The notes under the pieces are model-generated. The model saw nothing but the letters and a program-made list of their open reading frames with translations, ran no database searches and was not told where the DNA came from. 64,000 nt of DNA from assembly GCF_006345805.1 (NCBI RefSeq), contig NC_042998.1:147746001-147810000 (forward strand). Reading direction: 5' to 3'. This DNA comes from Octopus sinensis (lineage: Eukaryota). Every line of letters begins with the position of its first letter. The first letter of the stretch is position 1. The translations under genes were made by a program, and so were the position numbers. Positions 55,283-64,000 of the stretch are shown here, piece by piece.

Positions 55283-55854
55283 ATACTATAATCATAAATG
55301 ATTATATATTGAATTTTGAGATACTAGGAGGCACCAACTCAACTCAGTATCAGAGCGAGCTAGAATCCGCAACTAGTATCACCGAATTCAAACTTCATTC
55401 TCTCTTACCTGTTTGTGTCAGCCTTCCAGTTGCTGTTTTTACTGAGATCTCCCTTTTTAGTAGAAGAAATAGCTATAACCCTTTGACTGCTATTTCTAAA
55501 TTCGGTATGTGGTAAGGCAATTCGTTGCTAAACCCTTATTGCTTAGTATTACTTAAATTTTCCTCGAATGAGGCTTTTACATGCCGAAGACTACTTGGTG
55601 TAATTGATAATTATTCCAAATTAATTAATTTCACCCTTCATTATTACGGATAACCATATTTTATCTCAGTGGATGACCACAGCATCTTGTTTTGGCTACA
55701 CGCGGGTGGGAAGGGGCTGTTGACACAATCGTTTCATTCACAAATTTGAATTCGGTGATACTAGTTGCGGATTCTAGCTCGCTCTGATACTGAGTTGAGT
55801 TGGTGCCTCCTAGTATCTCAAAATTCAATATATAATCATTTATGATTATAGTAT

Positions 55855-55961
55855 TCTACGCTGAAGAGAAAAGAAGTTTCGGTAAGATAGAATTATTTAA
55901 TATTTAATATTTAATTCTTATGCTTTCCTAAAAACTTGATTTCGAAACGTACGTCCGTAGA
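55855..55961 (+). ncRNA. Type I hammerhead ribozyme, family C, copy 3
   Basis: TCTACG-CTGAAGA(55861-55867)-GAAAAGAAGTTT...AAACTTGATTTC-GAAAC(55944-55948)-GTAC-GTC(55953-55955)-CGTAGA. Stem I is a perfect 6 bp and stem III is the palindrome ACGTACGT. Cleavage is predicted after 55955. Confidence 0.9.
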
Positions 55962-56455
55962 TAACTTTAAAAATGTTTGATAGATTGCAGTTAATTCATT
56001 CTCTCTTACCTGTTTGTGTCAGCCTTCCAGTTGCTGTTTTTACTGAGATCTCCCTTTTTAGTAGAAGAAATAGCTATAACCCTTTGACTGCTATTTCTAA
56101 ATTCGGTATGTGGTAAGGCAATTCGTTGCTAAACCCTTATTGCTTAGTATTACTTAAATTTTCCTCGAATGAGGCTTTTACATGCCGAAGACTACTTGGT
56201 GTAATTGATAATTATTCCAAATTAATTAATTTCACCCTTCATTATTACGGATAACCATATTTTATCTCAGTGGATGACCACAGCATCTTGTTTTGGCTAC
56301 ACGCGGGTGGGAAGGGGCTGTTGACACAATCGTTTCATTCACAAATTTGAATTCGGTGATACTAGTTGCGGATTCTAGCTCGCTCTGATACTGAGTTGAG
56401 TTGGTGCCTCCTAGTATCTCAAAATTCAATATATAATCATTTATGATTATAGTAT

Positions 56456-56562
56456 TCTACGCTGAAGAGAAAAGAAGTTTCGGTAAGATAGAATTATTTA
56501 ATATTTAATATTTAATTCTTATGCTTTCCTAAAAACTTGATTTCGAAACGTACGTCCGTAGA
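56456..56562 (+). ncRNA. Type I hammerhead ribozyme, family C, copy 4
   Basis: Identical motif; cleavage predicted after 56556. Confidence 0.9.
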
Positions 56563-57055
56563 TAACTTTAAAAATGTTTGATAGATTGCAGTTAATTCAT
56601 TCTCTCTTACCTGTTTGTGTCAGCCTTCCAGTTGCTGTTTTTACTGAGATCTCCCTTTTTAGTAGAAGAAATAGCTATAACCCTTTGACTGCTATTTCTA
56701 AATTCGGTATGTGGTAAGGCAATTCGTTGCTAAACCCTTATTGCTTAGTATTACTTAATTTTCCTCGAATGAGGCTTTTACATGCCGAAGACTACTTGGT
56801 GTAATTGATAATTATTCCAAATTAATTAATTTCACCCTTCATTATTACGGATAACCATATTTTATCTCAGTGGATGACCACAGCATCTTGTTTTGGCTAC
56901 ACGCGGGTGGGAAGGGGCTGTTGACACAATCGTTTCATTCACAAATTTGAATTCGGTGATACTAGTTGCGGATTCTAGCTCGCTCTGATACTGAGTTGAG
57001 TTGGTGCCTCCTAGTATCTCAAAATTCAATATATAATCATTTATGATTATAGTAT

Positions 57056-57162
57056 TCTACGCTGAAGAGAAAAGAAGTTTCGGTAAGATAGAATTATTTA
57101 ATATTTAATATTTAATTCTTATGCTTTCCTAAAAACTTGATTTCGAAACGTACGTCCGTAGA
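57056..57162 (+). ncRNA. Type I hammerhead ribozyme, family C, copy 5
   Basis: Identical motif; cleavage predicted after 57156. Confidence 0.9.
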
Positions 57163-57661
57163 TAACTTTAAAAATGTTTGATAGATTGCAGTTAATTCAT
57201 TCTCTCTTACCTGTTTGTGTCAGCCTTCCAGTTGCTGTTTTTACTGAGATCTCCCTTTTTAGTAGAAGAAATAGCTATAACCCTTTGACTGCTATTTCTA
57301 AATTCGGTATGTGGTAAGGCAATTCGTTGCTAAACCCTTATTGCTTAGTATTACTTATATATATATATATATATTTATACATGTATGTATGAATATATAT
57401 ATTATGTAACACACAACTGACCAAACTATCACATGCTGTTAAATATCACTGATCACAATGCACTATGCATTGTTTTAGCCTTCAAATGATGCCACTTTGC
57501 TGGCGAGGCAAGCAGGCCAGCATTTCCCAATGATCAAGTGTGAGGACTGGAGCATTGTGAAATGAAGTGTTTTGCTCAAGAACATAACATGGCACCCAAT
57601 CAGGGAATCGAACACATGATCTAGCGAATGTGTATGTAACTGCCTGACCACTAGGCCATGT

Positions 57662-57692
<31 letters not shown>

Positions 57693-58659
57693 TACACATA
57701 TATACATCCTGAGTGTATTGGAGTATTCCAACAGATCATAATGTAATCCTTGCATTGTATCTTTTGTACACCCTGATGAGTTTTCCCCCAAGGTATTTTA
57801 AAATGTAAGATTACATACTTATATGTTTTGCATTTTTAATTTTGATTGAGAAATGAAAAAATTGTAGGTTAAGATGTTAATTAAATAATAAATTAATTTG
57901 TATTGGTTTTCAAACTTAATAGTATTTGATATTTTATGATATTTTATATAATATATTCATTGAAGAAATATCTCAAAATACAAATTATTGAACAAGTGTA
58001 TTTTGGATAAGAAGATCCTCATAAGAGATTTAAATGTTCTCATAGTGACTATGTAACCACACGTGAATTGTTGGCGATTTCCTTCCTCTGTCTTCCTTTC
58101 TATTGGATTTTCCTCTGTTTCTGAAGAAGAGCATTGCTTGAAACATTAAACCATCTTTCTTTCTTTCCCTGAGCATCTGCTGATACTTTACATGTACCAC
58201 ATCCTCATGTTGTTGTGGTTTTTGTGTTTGTTCTTCTTTTTTGGATTTACTATACACACACACACACATATATATACACACACACACACACACACATATA
58301 TATACACACACACACACATACATACATACATACATACACACAGTGGGTTTCTGTACATTTTTATCTACTAAATTCACTCACAAAGCTTTGGTCAGCCTAG
58401 TCTGTAGTAGAAAATACTTGCCCAAGGTGTCATGGGGTGGGACCGAGCTCAAAACCATGTGACTGAAAAGCAACCTTCTTAACCACACAGCCATACCAAA
58501 GACTAAGGAATGTCTCTGCAGTATTGCTTCTGATATTAATTCTGTCTTTATAAATACAACTACATTGTTGTTATATCTGCTTTCTCCAACAACACATAAT
58601 GCCATAGGCTCTTATTTTTATCATTGTTATTGATGTTAACATCATTGCCACCATCATTA

Positions 58660-58765
58660 CCCTAATTGTCATCATCATCATCTTCCTTATCAGCAGCAAT
58701 AGCATCTTACCTGATGCTATCACCTCTGTCACTATCATCCCCACTATCATCATTATCAGTTCTTC

Positions 58766-58835
<70 letters not shown>

Positions 58836-58990
58836 ACATCCTCCCCAACACTACCACCACCTCATTTAATACTGCTGTCATCATCTCATCATCATCACCA
58901 CAACCACCATCATCATCATCATCATCACCACAACCACCATCATCATCAACACCAACACTATCCTCCTCCTCATCATCATCATCATTGTTT
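58660..58990. repeat. (CAT)n/(CAC)n compound microsatellite
   Basis: Direct inspection; the source of the poly-His, poly-Met and poly-Asp ORFs. Confidence 0.95.
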
Positions 58991-59879
58991 TTGTTGTCCA
59001 TATTTCCCTGCTGTCATATTTACAACATGTTTTTATTCATCTCAATCCTGCGTAATCTTGTCCTGTCATTTAGTAAAATTCCATTCATATCCAGGAATCA
59101 TTACAGAACTATAAATTTCCCCCAGTTCATGACTCATACTTGATTTAATTGACATCCCTTCCCCTTCCAACATCTGGATGAAAGACAAAGTTGACCCCAA
59201 TGGGATTTGAACTCAGACTATAATCACTGCAAGGCATTGTGCCTGCTCCTTCACCCCATGGCACTTCTGCTAATCTATCACCTTTATCTCAACTGTGACG
59301 CTCAAATTTTGTAGATCAGACATTACCACTTTTACCCTGCCTCTACTTTCCTTCACCCCTCATCCTATGTATTATTCACCATCATTAAATGTCAATTATC
59401 AGTGAAAGAAGCCCTTCCTGTATTTATTAGAATGACATTTCTATTATCTTCTGTCACCTGTCTTCATTCAAGAATTCATACACTTCATCAAACAGATGCT
59501 ACTATTCAAAGACTTTTATTACATGTCCTCAAGACCCAATCACATCTGTAGGCCATTCTTTGTTATAAAACTACTGTTATTCACTGAAGGAGTCTTTATA
59601 TGTTTGCTCAATCTGTTAGAAATAGCAGCCAAATTTGCAATTCATTGCACCCTGTCTTCTTTTAAAAAGCTAGGTAGAATGTATTGAATAAATGTATCAG
59701 GTTAGAATGAATGTGTATGAGCTCCAACTTTTGAACTGAAGATATTAAACAAGGTTTATTTGAGTATCATCTCTTTACATTGCTTAGTAATACCTTCCTA
59801 TGCATATTATTTATTTTTCTAGAAATGTCTTCCTATGTATATTATCTATTTTTCTCTGGTTATACCAAGTTTATTGTCA

Positions 59880-60833
59880 AAATACCTTGCAACATGACTC
59901 CATGTTCAAGCTAACTAGAGAGCATGTTAGGTTTGTTTTACTTTATGAGTTTCATAAAGGTAGTAAGGTTAGTGCAACAGCAAATTTCATTCAGAACATT
60001 TGTGGTTCTCATGTTTTAAGTGAAAGAATAGAAAGTGATTTTCTTATTTAAGAAAGGACTTAATCCAGAGAAACTTGATGAGATTATTTGAGTTGTTCCT
60101 TTCATTACTACTAGAAAAATTGGTGAGCATTTTGATATTAACTATTCAGCTACTGGACATGAATTAAACAGGATTGTAGGTGTGTTAGTGGCTGAAAAGT
60201 TGGTCCCACACAGTCTGTCTGGAGTGAAATGCCAGCACTGTCTCTACATCTTAAAGTTTTTACTTATAAGATAGCTTCAAGATAGCTTCAAGATCCATCT
60301 TTAAACAGGTCATGAGTGGTGATAAGAAATAGATTCTTTACTATAATGATAAGTATCATCATCAGTGAATCAGTTGTGGGGACTGACCAGTTCAGAAACC
60401 AAGAGGAGTCTTTCATCTCAAAATGGTCATGTTGAATGTATGGTGGGTCTTCCAAAGAATCATCTATTATGGACTGTTGGGAAATAATCACGCCATCAAT
60501 ACTTATGTGTACTGTCAGCAGTTTCACCATTTGATACTAGTTTGGAGAGAAAATGCCTGTCATTCTTTCATTACAATAAGGCCCATCTTCATACTGCAAA
60601 ATTCACCAAGGATCTGGTAGAGGAATTTAGGGAAAAATTCTGTACCCACTTTATTCTTCTGACCTTGCTCTTTTGGACTATCATTTTTTTAAGAGTTTAC
60701 CAAACCATTTTGATGGACAAAGATTGATGTCAAGAGAAGGAACTGAACATTAATTGGTTTCTTATTTCTCATCAAAACCTAACAAATTTTACAAACGAGG
60801 CATTAATAAATACATTGAAAGATAGAAAGATGT
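59880..60833 (+). pseudogene. Degenerate mariner (DD34D) transposase; its last codons and TIR resume at about 62614-62710
   Basis: REHVRFVLLYEFHKG (Mos1-like HTH), LVPHSLS (WVPHEL), VMSGDKK.ILYYN (TGDEKW), KVMLNVWW, HYNKAHLH (HDNARPH) and YSSDLALLDYHFF (YSPDLAPSDY). FYKRGINK..R*KDV lies before the foldback and DIGRYIYD* after it. Confidence 0.85.
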
Positions 60834-62613
60834 TCGGTTAATATAGGGCGTTACGATTATCAGAAAATCAAAAAAAAAATGTGTGTAATAGGTGTAAAAC
60901 AACTTCCTATGAACGAATATGAAAAAAAAAATTCGCGCACGCGAAAGGGGGGTGGGGGAGAGGCCTCGGAAAATTCACATCGGGAAGTTCCGAAAGCGTC
61001 TGAGGAGCTGACCCGGGCACCAAAACAAAAAAAAATAGTGTAATATGTGTAAAACAACTTGCTCTAAACGAATATGACAAAAAAAATTCGCTCTCGCGAA
61101 AGAGGGGTGGGGGAGAGGCTTCGGAAATTTCACATCTTCAGTCCACGGCCTTTAAACTAAGAAAAGATAGTGTAATTGGTGTAAAACTACTTGTTCTAAA
61201 CGTTAATCAAGAACACACACTCACACATGAATCATAAACTCCGTATTTTTGTACATATTTCGCAAAAAAAAAAATAAATAAAGAGAAGAAATTCTGGAAA
61301 AAGTGAAGAAATGTTGGATCTCATTCCTTGGTTAAAGCTATTTTAAACATTAAATTTATGCTTTTCTTTGAAATAGTTCAGATATATGCAATTCTTCTCA
61401 CTTATTAAGATGCATTTATCAGAAAAAAAGAGACAGAAAAAATTATTATCCTTTATTAATTAGTTTTGGCATGTATTTTTTTCCCAAATTTATTTTTTCA
61501 CCTTTACAACACTGTTTAGTAAAGCAATTAATTATCTTTATAATTTGCATATTTGACTTATTAATCAAAATTCTCTAGATGTAATATATACTAAGTAATG
61601 CATCCTCCATTTATGTGTTCCGTTCTGTATTATGCATGCATGACTGTTTGTATGTAAGTGTGTTTAACTGTGCACATGAATGTGAATATTAAAGAACATA
61701 TTTATTTACTATGATTGTTATTTTCAGAACAAATAAATCTTTTGGCTGTTATGTTATGATGTTATTATTATTGCTAGTTAAAGGGTGGTGACTTGGCTGA
61801 ATATTTTGAGTCTTGTAGTATGTAGTTGTGTTAGTCAATATTCTGAGTTCAAATCCAACTCATTCTTTATCATCATTATCGATGGACCACTCAAAGAGGT
61901 ATGTATACATTATCATTTTCGTAACATAATTTCTGTAGTATTTCAAGATGTTTCTGACACGTATTTTGATTCACATGGCGGAGATCCAACATTTCTTCAC
62001 TTTTTCCAGAATTTCTTCTCTTTTTTTTTTTTTTGCGAAATATGTACAAAAATACGGAGTTTATGATTCATGTGTGAGTGTGTGTTCTTGATACTCGTTT
62101 AGAACAAGTAGTTTTACACCAATTACACTATTTTTTCTTAGTTTAAAGGCCGTGGACTGAAGATGTGAAATTTCCGAAGCCTCTCCCCCACCCCCCTTTC
62201 GCGAGCGCGCATTTTTTTCATGATAGTCGTTTAGAGCAAGTTGTTTTACACCTATTACGCTGTTTTTGTTTTTGTTTTTGTGCCCGGTTCAGACGCTTTC
62301 GGAAATTCCCGATATAAATTTTCCGAGGCCTCTCCCCCACCCCTCTTTCGCGAGAGCGCATTTTTTTGTCATATTCGTTTAGAGCAAGTTGTTTTACACA
62401 TATTACACTATTTTTTTTTTGTTTTGGTGCCCGGGTCAGCTCCTCAGACGCTTTCGGAACTTCCCGATGTAAATTTTCCGAGGCCTCTCCCCCACCCCCC
62501 TTTCGCGTGCGCGAATTTTTGTTTTCATATTCGTTCATAGGAAGTTGTTTTACACCTATTACACACATTTTTTTTTTGATTTTCTGATAATCGTAACGCC
62601 CTATATTAACCGA
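60834..62613. mobile_element. Foldback element with ~490/630-bp inverted arms made of ~150-bp CpG-rich subrepeats, inserted in the mariner 3' end
   Basis: Left arm 60834-61322 mirrors right arm 61981-62613 (termini TCGGTTAATATAGGGCGTTACG / CGTAACGCCCTATATTAACCGA). The right arm has one extra subrepeat. The spacer is about 660 bp and AT-rich. Confidence 0.85.
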
Positions 62614-62869
62614 CATTGGAAGATATATCTATGATTAAATTTGTCTATAAGTATTACTTTTTTGTTTTTGTTGTAAAAACAGAACTAAGTTTGGTTCCTA
62701 CATCTATATTATACAGCCTAATCTCTGTCAACAACACCATATTTTTGTCAATTTTGCCATTCTTGCATGGGATGGTAGGGCTTTTCCAGTTTGGTGTGTC
62801 ACTACTTATTGCTGTTTTTTGTCATCTTCTTCATGGGGCTCAGCTGCTTGGAGCCAAATCTTCAACATC

Positions 62870-63010
62870 TCATGCCTTCCTACATCTTGCTCAGCCTCAA
62901 GTTCTGGCCCTTCCACACCAGACATTTTCAGTATCTCAGCTACTATACTTGATGGCCCAACTGCCTTTCCTGTTTTCAGATCTTCACTTTTTTCCACACC
63001 CTCACAATCC
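62870..63010 (-). mobile_element. RTE LINE RT N-terminal fragment
   Basis: DLKTGKAVGPSSIVAEILKMSG (KAPGPxGI.AE.LK motif). Confidence 0.6.
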
Positions 63011-63014
63011 TCTG

Positions 63015-63045
<31 letters not shown>

Positions 63046-63401
63046 TGTGTGTGTGTGTGTGTGTGTGCATGCGTGAATGTGTGCATGTGTGCATCTATGT
63101 ATGTATGTATAGACAGACAGATAGACAGATAGATGGAGAGTTAGATATATATGATTGGTCAATTCAGGACTATAGTAGAAGTCACTTGTGCAAGATGCCA
63201 CACAACATGACTGAAATCACAATCACATTGTTGGGAAGCAAGTTTCTTAAACATACAGCTACCCTGCACCAAAGCCACACCCGCACCATAACCTTTCAAT
63301 ATCTGAGTCTTGCTTCAGCTATAGTCAATGTTCCTGACAAGATGACTATCTTATTAAAGCCTAAAATAAAGATGATGAAGCCTTTCCTTTGTATCAGTTG
63401 C

Positions 63402-63622
63402 TTAATTCTGTAGCATTCAGTTTGTTTATAATGCTTGTTTGTTCACATTGTTTTGCATTTATCATACAATATCTCATAGCTACAAGATTTCAATGATATG
63501 ATTACTTAGCTCCAGAATAACATTGTAGAGTCAGGTATGAGAAGCCAAATCTGGCCACTTTGAACAAAAAACAGGTAGAATATTTTAGCTGGATGTGACT
63601 GGTTTAAATGCTAAAGGGTTAA
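63402..63622 (-). mobile_element. TTAA-flanked MITE, same family as 48204-48586
   Basis: Ends TTAATTCTGTAGCATTCAG and AATGCTAAAGGGTTAA; the interior matches the reverse complement of the 48.2-kb copy. Confidence 0.65.
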
Positions 63623-64000
63623 GGTAAGTTTTTTTGTGAAATCATTAACCTGAACCAACTGGCTTTGATATCAACATCAGCTTTATATGTTCAAATGCCT
63701 TTGCTATTCAACCCCTTGTGAAAATGGGACCCTAAGTTTTGAAGTGGTCTAAGATATGATACATGGTTCGATTAATGATTTTCTTAGAAATTAACAAGTC
63801 TGAGAAATGATTCTAACTGATAATTTTCCTTCACCATTTTTACATCCCTAATTCTAACAAGTAAACCATGATTTATGGAGACACCTTCCTTTGTCCCTCT
63901 GTATACCACCAAGAACAAAGACACTACTTCAACCTCTAACAGAGATTTCACTTGATTGATTACTTTACCTGATAATTCCAACCTTTCTGTAACATGACCA

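Larger units (their letters stand above)
54387..57357. repeat. 601-bp tandem array in two divergent arms (54387-55392 minus, ~1.7 units; 55394-57357 plus, ~3.3 units), one hammerhead per unit
   Basis: Unit starts at 55394, 55995, 56596 and 57196; the left-arm period is 54391 to 54992. Copies appear identical except a 1-bp deletion near 56757. Both outer ends abut (TA)n. No ORF of 60 aa or more lies within a unit. Confidence 0.95.

Noticed and set aside
54387-57357. Interpretation of the array as CRISPR or as a plain satellite
   Set aside because: There are no variable spacers and the context is eukaryotic. The inverted junction, matched 3' ends and one ribozyme per unit argue for an RNA-mediated origin rather than an ordinary satellite.
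57770-57830. CCTGATGAG..TAAAATGT as a decayed hammerhead
   Set aside because: Stem II cannot be paired and there is no GUH site or stem I.
58121-58150. CTGAAGA-A-GAGC-ATT-GCTT-GAAAC half-hammerhead
   Set aside because: The core and stem II are suggestive, but no stem III partner, cleavage triplet or stem I could be found.
63784-63981. ORF with LFLVVYRG, reminiscent of an APE endonuclease VYRPP motif
   Set aside because: A single weak motif at the window edge.

Overview
AT-rich, microsatellite-dense animal genomic DNA. It is most likely Octopus, inferred from the tRNA-SINE families with (GAT)n tails and the repeat landscape. No host gene can be called with confidence; the window is essentially a transposon graveyard. 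It holds RTE, RTE-X, Tx1/L1, R4-like and CR1 LINE remnants, Tc1, mariner, maT and Merlin DNA-transposon remnants, two Helitrons plus a Helentron-type Rep fragment, foldback/MITE elements and many SINEs, several nested with clear target-site duplications. The main discovery is a set of type I hammerhead ribozyme motifs from three unrelated sequence families, all with a minimal palindromic stem III. (1) A near-identical, non-coding 601-bp tandem array at 54387-57357 carries five intact hammerheads in two divergent arms whose 3' ends both stop at almost the same unit position in (TA)n; it is retrozyme/Penelope-like and could yield ~600-nt linear or circular RNAs. (2) An inverted pair lies at 5558-5640 and 6374-6456. 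(3) A single-mutation relic lies at 18219-18322. Three SINE-derived fold-back hairpins (18.8, 39.5 and 48.4 kb) are also notable. All folding and homology calls were made by eye, with no database search.
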